A stretch of DNA of 64,000 nt from Thermoplasmata archaeon. Lineage in GTDB: Archaea; Thermoplasmatota; Thermoplasmata; Thermoplasmatales; GCA-001856825. Below, one piece after another: positions 46,320 through 56,349 of the stretch. How positions within the stretch are numbered: position 1 is the first letter of the stretch; each line of letters begins with the position of its first letter. The translations under genes and the position numbers were made by a program. The notes beneath the pieces are model-generated. The model saw only the letters and a program-made list of their open reading frames with translations. It was not told the DNA's origin and did not search any database. The DNA lies in contig JAJYUZ010000001.1 of assembly GCA_021792255.1 (NCBI GenBank), positions 256,001-320,000 of the forward strand, given 5' to 3'.

Positions 46320-47960
46320 GTGACTATTAAAGTTCTCCGATACGTAGAGATTCCCGTGAGAGATGCCACGATCCTCACTGGGGACTTGTACCTCCCAGAA
46401 TCGGATCCTCCCTATCCTTCAATCGTCTTCAGGACACCTTATGGACGAGACGACAAGGCATACAGAAAGTACGCAAGTTTCTTTGCTTCAAATGGCTTTG
46501 CTTATCTTAATTCTGACGTGAGGGGGAGAGGCGATTCTGAGGGGAAATTCGAGCCGTACTTCAATGAAGGGAGAGATGGCAAAGATGTCATAGACTGGGT
46601 TGCTAAACAGCCCTGGTCGAACGGAAAGATCGGGACGTTTGGTGCTTCATATTCGGCAAGGATACAATGGTTAACTGCCCTTGAAAAACCCGCGAATCTT
46701 TTGGCGATGATCTCTAAGGTATCTCCCTCTGATCCCTTCGTGGAGAGTCCAACAGGCGTTTACGACCCGATGCACATTTCATGGAGATACCTCGTGAGCG
46801 GAAGGACCCTAAAGAATACGGACGATATTGACTGGGATAGCGTGTACAGAACTCTACCCATAAAGGACATGCCGAAGGCGCTCGGCATAGGCTTCCCAGA
46901 TTGGGAAGAGAACTTATCTCACCAGACTTTCGATTCATTCTGGGACAAAATGAGCTACCAGACCAAGTTCGACAAGATAGACGTCCCGACGATGCACATT
47001 TCTGGATGGTACGACGACGAACAGGTTGGTACTTTTATCAACTACATGGGGATGCGAACTGGGTCTGCTTCACCCCGATCTCGAGAAAATCAGGCTATTG
47101 TCATTGGCCCCTGGGGGCACAACGTAAACTCCACCTCCAAACTGGGAGACGTGGATTTTGGACCTGGTGCAATCATAGATCTAGACACGTTGCAGCTAAA
47201 CTGGTTCAGGAAGTGGTTGGTCGACGAGAGTGCCTCAGTCGGAAAGAGAGCAAAGATATTCCTAATGGGGGAAAACAAATGGATCGACTTTGAAGACTGG
47301 CCACCTTCGAATTCAAGGCCATCTAGGCTATATATCACCAGCAATGGTCGAGCGAACAGTAGATATGGGGACGGGAGGCTCGTCTGGAGAGAAGAAGAAA
47401 TCTCAGGTGGAAAAGACGAGTACAGGTACGATCCTTCCGATCCGACTCCTTACGTAACAGAAATAACGGCCTCTCAGATCGGCGGACCCGACAACTATTC
47501 CTCAGTCCAAAGGAGAGATGACGTTTTGGTCTATACCACTCCGCCACTGGAAAGAGGCATCACTTTTCTCGGAGCAGTAGGTGCAGAAATCTTTATGGAG
47601 ACTGATGTCCCCGATACGGACATAATGGCTATGCTCCTGGATGTGTGGCCTAATGGATATTCACAAAGGCTGTGCGATGGAATGACTAGGGCCCGCTACA
47701 GGAAAGGCATGGACCAGATAGAACTTCTCGAGAAGGGAAAAGTCTACGATATCAAGGTTGACCTTTGGAACACCGGTCACAGATTCGCAAAGGGGCATAG
47801 GATTAGGTTCAGCATTTCTTCTGCGGCCTTTCCGAAATATTCGAGAAATCTTAACACGGGACTCGATCTTGCCACGGACTCCACCATGAACGTTGCCAAC
47901 ATCAGGATATTGCACTCAGCAAAGTATCCATCCAGCTTTCAGTTCTTCGTTTATGACTGA
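46320..47960 (+). CDS. CocE/NonD family alpha/beta hydrolase (peptidase S15-like)
   Basis: RTPY, DVRGRGDSEG, GASY nucleophile, GWYD, GPWGH, C-terminal jelly-roll. Confidence 0.92.
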   Translation: MTIKVLRYVEIPVRDATILTGDLYLPESDPPYPSIVFRTPYGRDDKAYRKYASFFASNGFAYLNSDVRGRGDSEGKFEPYFNEGRDGKDVIDWVAKQPWSNGKIGTFGASYSARIQWLTALEKPANLLAMISKVSPSDPFVESPTGVYDPMHISWRYLVSGRTLKNTDDIDWDSVYRTLPIKDMPKALGIGFPDWEENLSHQTFDSFWDKMSYQTKFDKIDVPTMHISGWYDDEQVGTFINYMGMRTGSASPRSRENQAIVIGPWGHNVNSTSKLGDVDFGPGAIIDLDTLQLNWFRKWLVDESASVGKRAKIFLMGENKWIDFEDWPPSNSRPSRLYITSNGRANSRYGDGRLVWREEEISGGKDEYRYDPSDPTPYVTEITASQIGGPDNYSSVQRRDDVLVYTTPPLERGITFLGAVGAEIFMETDVPDTDIMAMLLDVWPNGYSQRLCDGMTRARYRKGMDQIELLEKGKVYDIKVDLWNTGHRFAKGHRIRFSISSAAFPKYSRNLNTGLDLATDSTMNVANIRILHSAKYPSSFQFFVYD

Positions 47961-48846
47961 TCCTCTCTACAACTCTAGGAATGCCAGGGTGCAAGTGATA
48001 AGCGGAAAAGGACAGAAAGTCATAATTTTCAAGGAGAATCCCCTTTTCGATTATTTTTCCAGCGATGAAAGGGCAGAGTCCGTTCTTCTGCACGACGGTC
48101 AGATATCGCTCATAGGAGATGCGGAAGTAGACAAGAATTTTTGTAGCCTTGACGGACACGACTACTGCGTAGCACCTCCGTACTTCGAGTTCAGGAAGGG
48201 AAAGTTGTGTTCAACGGAGACTAATGAATGGTTTGAATATCCGCTCCAAGAGGAACTTAGGTATGTACTGAAACACAAGAAAAAGATAGGAGAACTGATA
48301 GAGTCAGTAACTTCCGAAATGAGAACGGACGACACCGAAAAGACCATATCGGAATTGATTAGAAATCGGCTCTGCAGTTCAGGCTATTCCTTGTATTATG
48401 GCCCCGTCGTGGCGTTCGACCAGAATACGCTTAGTGTCTGGAACAAACCCGGGGACAGCTCTCTGAAGAAGATAATGTACATAGAAGTCGCTTCAAAGAA
48501 GAGGGGACTGACAATACTCTACTCGAATTCGTTTCTTGCAACCAGCGAAGAAGCGTACGTCGACAAGTACAAGCAAAGCATCGAGGCGTTAGAGCTTCTC
48601 AAGAAGAAGTTCGTCGAAGGGAACACGACGGCAGAGATCTCATCAGAGTTTGAGATGTTCAGAAACGATAAGCTGTATCTCACCACTCCACTCTTTCCCT
48701 TCAGCTACCACCCCGTTCCCGGAACGAACACGACAATCAAGACGGGAGATACGGCAGTATTCGACTTCTGGGTCTCCACGCAAGAATTTAGTTTCAGACG
48801 AAAGGCGATAGCGATTGCAGGGAGTTATCGAGGCTCCGTAATCTAG
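47953..48846 (+). CDS. degenerate M24 (pita-bread) peptidase-like protein
   Basis: ATG 47953 overlaps the cocE stop; TEKTISELI..YGPVVAFDQN...PGD..LKK resembles Xaa-Pro peptidases, but metal ligands are not evident. Confidence 0.5.
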   Translation: MTDPLYNSRNARVQVISGKGQKVIIFKENPLFDYFSSDERAESVLLHDGQISLIGDAEVDKNFCSLDGHDYCVAPPYFEFRKGKLCSTETNEWFEYPLQEELRYVLKHKKKIGELIESVTSEMRTDDTEKTISELIRNRLCSSGYSLYYGPVVAFDQNTLSVWNKPGDSSLKKIMYIEVASKKRGLTILYSNSFLATSEEAYVDKYKQSIEALELLKKKFVEGNTTAEISSEFEMFRNDKLYLTTPLFPFSYHPVPGTNTTIKTGDTAVFDFWVSTQEFSFRRKAIAIAGSYRGSVI

Positions 48847-49664
48847 ACCTTATCAACCGTGAAAGATGCATAGCCTACCCCCGTTTCCCCTCCAGTCATT
48901 TCGATTGAATTTGAAAGTTTCAGGAGATCTACCTTTCCAGAATAAGTGGAGAGAAGGGTCACGATAGGGCCAAATCCACAGGCGCTGACTTCTCCAGAAT
49001 ACTCGTACCTATATAGCGCCTTGAAGTCCCTGTGAAGCACTGCAGTGGAAAAATATCCGTCCAGCTGTTTTAATCTTCTCAAGGCAAGGTAGTGATTGAG
49101 ATCAGAGCTGGCAATGACGGTGAAATTTCCGCTCAGCTTTTTAAGTCTCAAAGCAAGGTGTTCTGCAGCTTCTAGGCTCTGGTCCATCATGACTATGGGG
49201 ACAATTTCCACTTCTCCATAAATGAACTGTAGGAACGGAATTTCCACTTCCACGGAATGCTCTTGCAGATGGGCGAGATTGTCCACCACGATCAGATCAT
49301 CCTGGAGTTCTTCTATCGCTTCCTTTTTGATTTTAGCTCGTCCTAGCGGGGTCAGGTAATCTTCGTCTCCAATCGAAATCGGAGCGCCAAGACCCGTATG
49401 ATTGGGACCCACCACGACGTAGTAATCGTACTTTCCTGAATTAGCGAGCGAACCGAACGAAAATGCCGCAACAGGTGCACTGTAATCGTAACCTGCGTGA
49501 GGGACCACCACACCCTTTTCTGGATCGATACGTTTTATTTCCGGAATATAACCAGGTCCATTCCAGTGAGTGAAAGCCCATTCTATCTTTTCCTTTAGAG
49601 CTTCGGGATCAGAAGGATAAAAATAACCTGCAACATAAGGCGTCCTCATGGCTTCCTCAGACAT
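48843..49664 (-). CDS. MEMO1 family protein (AmmeMemoRadiSam protein B)
   Basis: R.P.VAG.FYP, PHAGY.YS, GPNHTG, EHSVEV..PFLQ, ASSDLNHY, SACG.GP, VGYAS. Confidence 0.93.
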   Translation of the reverse strand: MSEEAMRTPYVAGYFYPSDPEALKEKIEWAFTHWNGPGYIPEIKRIDPEKGVVVPHAGYDYSAPVAAFSFGSLANSGKYDYYVVVGPNHTGLGAPISIGDEDYLTPLGRAKIKKEAIEELQDDLIVVDNLAHLQEHSVEVEIPFLQFIYGEVEIVPIVMMDQSLEAAEHLALRLKKLSGNFTVIASSDLNHYLALRRLKQLDGYFSTAVLHRDFKALYRYEYSGEVSACGFGPIVTLLSTYSGKVDLLKLSNSIEMTGGETGVGYASFTVDKV

Positions 49665-49736
49665 GTAAACTGGAAGAATTATTGAGTTTTTCGCAAGTAT
49701 GTGATATATTATTAGGATACATATGGCACTTTTAGG

Positions 49737-50129
49737 TCAATATCGTTCAATTGACAGACCATCAATTCCGGCAAAATGTTTAACATTTCTGGTCAGCAGG
49801 AAGTCATCTCTGGACTTGCATATTCCAGCTATCATCGCATCTTCTGTCTGGATTGGCTTTCCAAGTTTCTTTTTATGAGTGTAGATCATTCCCGCTTCTC
49901 TACTGGAAATTTCATCCAACGGATGAATGGGAAGCCCTTCTATAATGTCGAGAATCTTAGCTACCTCATCTTCTCGCTTATTCATAGCTCCGACTCCAAC
50001 TTAAAGTTCGAAGATTGATACTGAGGTAACCGATATGGGCGAATTCTCAGGCTGCAATAGTTTGGCCTTCTGTATTGCGTCGTGATCACCATTCATTACG
50101 TCTATTATGAATGAAGTATCTGCGATCAT
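49737..50129 (-). pseudogene. vapC: VapC PIN toxin with in-frame TAA at codon 43
   Basis: MIADTSFIID...SVSIFEL*VGVG...DAMIAG...LLTRNVKHF; TAA at 50003-50001 where Tyr is typical. Confidence 0.85.
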
Positions 50130-50364
50130 TTTTTCTCACTCTTTCTGTTATTTCATTCATTCTATTTTCGCTCTCTTTTCGCAGATTAGCTATCGCAGAT
50201 TTTACTTCATTTGTCTCTCTCTTAGACAACACTCCCGCCAAGTCAAGGATATTAGTCCTCTTCGTGAGTCTGTTTATGACATCTGTGAAACTTTCTTTCT
50301 TGCCTTTGAGCTTGTAGAGCTACATGTATGCTTCGTCGGAGATACTTATGTTTCTATTTCCCAT
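50086..50364 (-). pseudogene. vapB: VapB antitoxin (archaeal DUF217-like) with in-frame TAG at codon 15
   Basis: MGNRNISISDEAYM*LYKLKGKKESFTDVINRL...LDLAGVLS; TAG at 50322-50320. Confidence 0.82.
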
Positions 50365-50377
50365 ATGTATACATATG
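50362..50377. promoter_or_regulatory. perfect 16-bp palindrome over the vapB start, likely TA autoregulation operator
   Basis: CATATGTATACATATG. Confidence 0.6.
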
Positions 50378-50543
50378 TGTGTGTAGCATATACCTTTACC
50401 CTCCAGGCACTGCAGCAACAACTCTGCGTAGCATTAGGTTACGGCAATCGAGGAAAACTTAAAAAATGGTAAATCTGAGTAAACATCCTAGTTTACCCGA
50501 AATTAGAAGAAAAGAAGGGAAAAGGGTAAATTTAAAAGAAAAT

Positions 50544-51128
50544 CTAAAGATCGGCTAAGAATTCCTCTTGCTTTAGTTGCGATGCGTCTTTTCCGTTTTG
50601 CGCCATGACTCCCTTCGTCAGTAGGTAGTATATCAGGGCAAGACTCTCTCTCCCCTTGTTATTTCCCGGTATGACAAAATCGACGAAGGATGTGCTGTTG
50701 TTTGTGTGGCACAGTGCTACTACAGGTATGCCGTTTATGACTGCTTCCTTCTGCGCCTGATTGTCAGTGGCTGGATCGTTAATAATCACCACATCGGGTT
50801 CTATGTAACCATTCAGTGAGGGATTCGTGAACGAACCCGGTATGAATCTGTCAGTTATGAATCTTGCACCTAGGGCAGCAGCTGAGGCCTTTACTGGTTT
50901 TTTGGCATATTCTCTTGAAGCTACGAATACTACTCCATTCGGGTCGAATCTGGACAAGAACTTGGCCGCGATCTTAATCCGCTCATCGATTTTCTTAATG
51001 TCGAGGATGTTCAGTCCCTCTTTGTTGACGTAGGCAGTAAACTTCTTCATGTCTGCACTTCTTATCTTTGTACCTATGTGTATAGCTGAATTCCTGTACG
51101 TGTCTTCTGATGCTAGTAGATCACTCAT
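50544..51128 (-). CDS. rps2: 30S ribosomal protein S2
   Basis: HIGTK, RFIPGSFTNP, EPD, DP..D.QA..EA, PGNNKG..SL. Confidence 0.96.
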   Translation of the reverse strand: MSDLLASEDTYRNSAIHIGTKIRSADMKKFTAYVNKEGLNILDIKKIDERIKIAAKFLSRFDPNGVVFVASREYAKKPVKASAAALGARFITDRFIPGSFTNPSLNGYIEPDVVIINDPATDNQAQKEAVINGIPVVALCHTNNSTSFVDFVIPGNNKGRESLALIYYLLTKGVMAQNGKDASQLKQEEFLADL

Positions 51129-52330
51129 TCTTGTCCACCCATTTCTTCCTGAATTCTTACGAGTTCATTTAATTTTGCTATCCTCTCTCCACCTACAGTT
51201 CCGGTCTTCAGATAGTCAGCGCCTATTGCGACGGCGAGGTGGGATATGAAATAATCTGTCGTCTCTCCAGACCTGTGGGAGACCACGACACTCATTCCGT
51301 TGTCTTTAGCTAGTCTCCAAGTCTTGAGCAGTCTTGAAAGCGTGCCGACTTGGTTTGGCTTGAGCAGAATTGCATTGCTAGATTTCTTCTTGATCCCTTC
51401 CTGAAGCCTCTGGTAACTGGACGTGTAGATATCGTCACCGATAATGATAGCCCTGTCTCCGACCCTCTTCGTCAGCTCCGCAAAACTCTCAAAGTCGTTC
51501 TCATCGAAAGGGTCCTCTATGATTGTATACCCTCTGTCCTTTACTATTCCCTCGACAAAATCCACTTGCTCCTCTCTCGTCAGCTTACCGTTTCTGTAAA
51601 TGTAGTGACCCTTTTCGTAGAAGTTGGATGCAGCGAGGTCCATTCCATTTTCAATAGTGAGGCCAGTCTTGTCCGAAATTTCGTCCGCGACTTCTTTCAC
51701 CATTGTAATGACTTTTTCGTCATCAAACGGCAGAACCCACGCCTTTTCGTCACCCATTCCTACCGGAATGTCGAGTTCCTTAGATGCTCTCTCTTTGATC
51801 CTTTTATGGACCAGTGAATTGGTCCTGATGGCATCATAAACGTGATTAGAATGAGATGCTATGAGGAATTCCTGGATCGTTGTTCCATTGACTGCGTGTT
51901 TTCCCCCACCAACTACATTTCCTAGAGGAACCGTCATCTTCGAATTGAGTCCCCCGAGATATCTGAATATGGGAATCCCCAGTTCATCAGAGGATGCAAA
52001 GGCATTAGCGAGCGAAATGGCAACGGCCAGATTGCCGCCTATCGAAGAAAAATTGTCCGTGCCATCAATGTCTTCCAGAAATCTGTCAAATGATTCCTGC
52101 TCACCTGATTCCAGACCGATAATTTTCCTGGAGATTTCTGATCTGAAGATCTTTACCGCCTGATCTACCCCTCCTTCTGGATAGTCCTTCACTTCGTTTG
52201 CTCCCTTAGAAGCTCCACTGGGTGCGGCAGAGATCCCGTGACCATACTCAGTGAATATTTCGACTTCCACCGTTTCGTTACCTCTGGAGTCGAGAATCTT
52301 TCGAATCTTGGAATCCACTATCCCGGACAT
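51125..52330 (-). CDS. eno: enolase
   Basis: ILDSRGN.TVEV, PSGAS, GGGKHA, QEF, IEDPF, GDD, LLKPNQVG, SHRSGET. Confidence 0.97.
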   Translation of the reverse strand: MSGIVDSKIRKILDSRGNETVEVEIFTEYGHGISAAPSGASKGANEVKDYPEGGVDQAVKIFRSEISRKIIGLESGEQESFDRFLEDIDGTDNFSSIGGNLAVAISLANAFASSDELGIPIFRYLGGLNSKMTVPLGNVVGGGKHAVNGTTIQEFLIASHSNHVYDAIRTNSLVHKRIKERASKELDIPVGMGDEKAWVLPFDDEKVITMVKEVADEISDKTGLTIENGMDLAASNFYEKGHYIYRNGKLTREEQVDFVEGIVKDRGYTIIEDPFDENDFESFAELTKRVGDRAIIIGDDIYTSSYQRLQEGIKKKSSNAILLKPNQVGTLSRLLKTWRLAKDNGMSVVVSHRSGETTDYFISHLAVAIGADYLKTGTVGGERIAKLNELVRIQEEMGGQE

Positions 52331-54985
52331 TTAATCCGCCCCTTTACTCAAGGTGTTGGCCTGTGCTGCAGCCAGGATCGCTATGGGCACTCTATAGGGT
52401 GAGGCCGACACATACTTAAGCCCAATCTTGTGACAGAACTTTACGGAATCAGGATCCCCACCGTGCTCTCCACATATTCCTACTTCAATATCCGGTCTTG
52501 ACTTCACTCCCCGCTCAAAACAAATCTTCATCAGTTCTCCGACTCCGTTCTTGTCTAGTGACTCGAACGGATTCGACTTGAAAATTCCGTATTCAAGATA
52601 TTTTGGAAGGAAAGTCGCTTCCACGTCATCCCTCGAAAATCCAAAGGTCATCTGCGTAAGATCATTGGTTCCGAAGCTGAAAAATTCAGCGACTTCTGCG
52701 ATCTCTCCTGCAGTCAGCGCGCCTCTTGGGGTCTCAATCATCGTCCCGAACTTGTACTTCAGATTCTTCCCTTTCAGTTCCTCATCTATTACTTTCTGGA
52801 GCCTTTCGTGAACTAGCTTTAGTTCCTTCACTTCTATCGTAAGGGGAATCATTATCTCCGGAATGACCGTCTTTCCTTCCTCTTTGACTTTTAGTGCCGC
52901 CCTTATGATTGCCCTTGTTTGCATTTCATATATCTCTGGATAAACTATACCGACTCTTATTCCTCTGAACCCGATCATTGGGTTGAACTCGCTCAGAGAG
53001 TTGACCCTCCTCAGTAATTCTTCCTCCTCTTTCAGTTTCTTTTCATTTTCTGCACTCTTCCTCTCGTGTTTTATTTCTGCTATATCCACCATTAGCTCTT
53101 CCTTTTTCGGGAGGAATTCGTGGAGGGGAGGATCCAGAAGTCTTATTATGACCGGATACCCATCCATTGTCCTGAAGAATTCGACAAAATCGTTGTATTG
53201 GAGGGGAAGAAGTTTGTCGAGGAGTGCAACCCTCTCTTCCAAGCTGTCACTCATGATCATCTCACGCATTATCGGAATCCTTTCCGCACCTAGGAACATC
53301 CTTTCTGTCCTTGCCAATCCAATCCCTTCAGCCCCATTCTTCCTCGCGAGGATCGCTTCCTCGGGAGTGTTTGCATTAGCGAGCACCCCTAGTCTCTTTA
53401 CCTTCCTGCACAGGTCCATGAATTCTTGAAACTCTCTTCCCATCTCAGGAATAGTCAGAGGCACCGTTCCCTTGAACACCAATCCCGTCGTACCGTCGAC
53501 AGTCACCTCTTGGTGTTCCCACATCAGTTCTTGCTTAAAATTCACAGCCCTCTTGTCCAAGTCTATTTTGAGATCATCGGAACCAACTATTGCTGGCTTG
53601 CCCATCGCTCGTGCAACGACCGCAGCGTGAGAAGTCATTCCTCCTCTCGCAGTCAGTACCGCTTCAGATACCGCAATCCCGTGCACATCGTCTGCGAGAG
53701 TCTCGTTCCTGACCAACACGACTTTTTCTCCTTTCTCGTTCATCTTGACCGCTTCGTCTGGATCAAGCACGATCTTCCCTGCACCCGCTCCAGGACTAGC
53801 GGCGAGCCCCTTCGCTATGGGGGACCCCGCTCTCTTGGAATCCACTTGAGGGTGAAGCAGCTGATTCAGTTGCTCCGGTTGGACCATGTTGACCGCCTCC
53901 GTGTCCGTCACTTTCCCTTCTTTCCTAAGATCCAATGCAATCCTGATGGCCGCCATAGCACTCCTCTTTGCAGCCCTCGTTTGAAGGAGGTAAAAAGTTC
54001 CGTCCTGAATCGTAAATTCGATGTCCTGCACATCCTTGTAGTGTTCTTCGAGTATGTCGGCAGACTTCTTGAGTTCGACATAAGCGTGAGGGATTTCGTT
54101 TCTCAGTTTGTCGACCGAGGAGGGAGTTCTTATTCCTGCAACCACGTCTTCCCCCTGAGCGTTTATGAGGTACTCTCCATAGAGCTTCTTTTCTCCCGTG
54201 TTCGGATCTCTGGTGAATGCGACCCCAGTCGCCGAGTTGGGTCCGAGGTTCCCATAAATCATCGCTACTACGGAAACCGCAGTTCCTAAGGAATCTGGAA
54301 TGTTGTTGATCTTTCTGTAGACGATCGCCCTCTCGTTTTTCCACGAATCGAAAACGGCGTTGACTGCAAGCTCGAGTTGCTTGTATGGATCGCTGGGCAA
54401 CTCCTTTCCAGACGACTTGATTATCTGCTTGAAATCTCCGACAATCTCCTTCCAGTCCTTCTCCCCTAGTTCGAAGTCGTTTTGAACGTTGAGACTACTC
54501 TTCTTTCGTTCAATGACTTCATCGAACTTCCTTCCGTTAAGTCCCAGCACTATCCTTCCGAACATCTGGATGAATCTTCTGTAAGAATCCCAGGCAAACC
54601 TTGGATTGTTGGTTTCTTTGGAAAACAACTCGACGTTCTGGTCATTCAGTCCCAAATTCAGGACCGTATCCAGCATTCCTGGCATGCTTACTGGGGCACC
54701 AGACCTTACTGACACGAGCATGATCTTTGGAGCACCCCCGAAGATCCTACCCGTTTTGGCTTCGAGATTTTTCACCGATTGAACCACTCTCTCCCACAGT
54801 CCGGCTGGGAGCTTGTTGTTCTTGAAGTAGTAATTGCATACCTCAGTAGTGATAGTGAATCCGGGAGGAGTTCTTAACCCAATTCTGGTCATTTCGGCCA
54901 GACCAGCTCCCTTTCCGCCAAGAAGATTTTTCATGTCCTTTGAGCCTTCTTCGAAACTGTAAATGTACTTGGGTTCAGTAGACAT
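52331..54985 (-). CDS. ppdK: pyruvate, phosphate dikinase
   Basis: LLGGKG.GLAEM, SVRSGA, GEDVVAG, GGMTSHAAVVAR phospho-His, SFGTNDLTQ, GICGEHGG. Confidence 0.97.
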   Translation of the reverse strand: MSTEPKYIYSFEEGSKDMKNLLGGKGAGLAEMTRIGLRTPPGFTITTEVCNYYFKNNKLPAGLWERVVQSVKNLEAKTGRIFGGAPKIMLVSVRSGAPVSMPGMLDTVLNLGLNDQNVELFSKETNNPRFAWDSYRRFIQMFGRIVLGLNGRKFDEVIERKKSSLNVQNDFELGEKDWKEIVGDFKQIIKSSGKELPSDPYKQLELAVNAVFDSWKNERAIVYRKINNIPDSLGTAVSVVAMIYGNLGPNSATGVAFTRDPNTGEKKLYGEYLINAQGEDVVAGIRTPSSVDKLRNEIPHAYVELKKSADILEEHYKDVQDIEFTIQDGTFYLLQTRAAKRSAMAAIRIALDLRKEGKVTDTEAVNMVQPEQLNQLLHPQVDSKRAGSPIAKGLAASPGAGAGKIVLDPDEAVKMNEKGEKVVLVRNETLADDVHGIAVSEAVLTARGGMTSHAAVVARAMGKPAIVGSDDLKIDLDKRAVNFKQELMWEHQEVTVDGTTGLVFKGTVPLTIPEMGREFQEFMDLCRKVKRLGVLANANTPEEAILARKNGAEGIGLARTERMFLGAERIPIMREMIMSDSLEERVALLDKLLPLQYNDFVEFFRTMDGYPVIIRLLDPPLHEFLPKKEELMVDIAEIKHERKSAENEKKLKEEEELLRRVNSLSEFNPMIGFRGIRVGIVYPEIYEMQTRAIIRAALKVKEEGKTVIPEIMIPLTIEVKELKLVHERLQKVIDEELKGKNLKYKFGTMIETPRGALTAGEIAEVAEFFSFGTNDLTQMTFGFSRDDVEATFLPKYLEYGIFKSNPFESLDKNGVGELMKICFERGVKSRPDIEVGICGEHGGDPDSVKFCHKIGLKYVSASPYRVPIAILAAAQANTLSKGAD

Positions 54986-55101
54986 ATTCCAGTATACGAG
55001 TTCCAATTTTAATATTTACGTTGAGAATCGCTCTAAGTAAAGGGCATCTGAATGCATCCAATTAAAATTTCGTAAAAAAGACGATATTCCAGCGGCAACC
55101 A

Positions 55102-56340
55102 TCAACTGTATCTCAGTATTGCACCGATACCGCCAAACGAATTTAAGAACAATGCACCCTCGTCCGATTCGTCACCTACAAGTTCAATCTTTGAATCGCT
55201 GCTCTGTCCCTTTTCGATGTACTCCTCTATCAGGTCTGTCTGAGCAATCATCACCATTGGTTTCCCGCACTTGGGGCAAAGATGTTCCTTTTCCTCCTGT
55301 GAGATCTCTGACAACTCTGTTCCGTCGTCCTCGCACCTGTACGTAAACTTCATTTTCCTGAGTCCCTTGGATATGATCAGAGTGTCGACCCTTCCTTGGT
55401 TCAGAACGTTTGAGACTTCCTTGTCCCCATACGCCGCCAGTCCTGTCCCTTTCTTTATTTCAACGAGCAACCTTTCTATTATCTTCTTCTCCTTCGCAAT
55501 CTCGAGGCTGTTGAGAGTTTGGGACGCCTTGTCTACTAGTTCCTTCAGGCCGTATTCATTAGTGTAACCCACGTCATAAAGATCTACAACCTTCTCTTGA
55601 ATCTGGTACTGAAGATAGCTGTGTTTGTAAAAGAAATCCTTGGTCGAACCAGGGCCCCCGATCAAGACTCCTTTTAATCCCTGCTCTCTAAGAAAGGCTG
55701 TTGAGGCCAACTCGCCTATTTTGGTGAAAAATTCGTGAGCTGCAAGCTCTATTAACCTCTCGTACCTTCTCGAGCTCTGACCACCCTGGTGATGCTTGCT
55801 AGGAACCTGAGAATCCTTGTTTTCTATTACCTCGATTCTTGAACCCCTGAGAACCCCTACCGTAGCCTCCGCTCTATCAATGACTATCAGTCCATAGACC
55901 TCCTTCTTCTCCAGCATAGGAAGGATCGGATCGAGATAGAATTTTGAATCGCACCTGTAGAGGAAACTTGTTACGGATTGAGGGGGCTCTATGAAGTAAG
56001 AGACCATGTCGCTCTTATCGCCTCTTGTAGGTACGTATCCTACGAAAATTGCTAGTCCATGCTCTGGAGGCTTTCTGTAGTACTTGAGCTTGCTCATTAT
56101 GCTTTCAATAGCAGTTGTTACGTTCTTTCTGGTCGTCTTACTTTTGATATTGCTAGAAGTGGAGTACTCATCCCTGAGATAAGCAACGACGTCACTGATC
56201 TGCCTCTCCGGGGGAACGTAAACGGATATAAGCTCAGTGCCTCTTCCTTCTAATTTTTTGATCTGATCTACGTACTTTTTAAACTGATATTCCTTTAAAG
56301 ACTTTTCAATATCTCTCTTGTTCTGTTCAAGTTCAGACAT
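55102..56340 (-). CDS. prf1: peptide chain release factor aRF1
   Basis: GTELIS, NIKS, YRCD, GGQS motifs; Zn-ribbon-like insertion in the C domain. Confidence 0.96.
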   Translation of the reverse strand: MSELEQNKRDIEKSLKEYQFKKYVDQIKKLEGRGTELISVYVPPERQISDVVAYLRDEYSTSSNIKSKTTRKNVTTAIESIMSKLKYYRKPPEHGLAIFVGYVPTRGDKSDMVSYFIEPPQSVTSFLYRCDSKFYLDPILPMLEKKEVYGLIVIDRAEATVGVLRGSRIEVIENKDSQVPSKHHQGGQSSRRYERLIELAAHEFFTKIGELASTAFLREQGLKGVLIGGPGSTKDFFYKHSYLQYQIQEKVVDLYDVGYTNEYGLKELVDKASQTLNSLEIAKEKKIIERLLVEIKKGTGLAAYGDKEVSNVLNQGRVDTLIISKGLRKMKFTYRCEDDGTELSEISQEEKEHLCPKCGKPMVMIAQTDLIEEYIEKGQSSDSKIELVGDESDEGALFLNSFGGIGAILRYS

Positions 56341-56349
56341 CTTTCTCCG

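Noticed and set aside
50320-50322. Pyrrolysine or amber recoding of the vapB TAG (and Sec recoding of the TGA at 58172)
   Set aside because: TAG terminates ftsZ, rpl11, rpl1, rpl10 and rpl12 here; the partner toxin has a TAA and the peptidase also has a frameshift, so decay is simpler
53426-54289. Long antisense and alternate-frame ORFs (also 4194-4856, 6666-7199 and many within the surface genes)
   Set aside because: Shadow ORFs of well-conserved genes with no recognisable motifs
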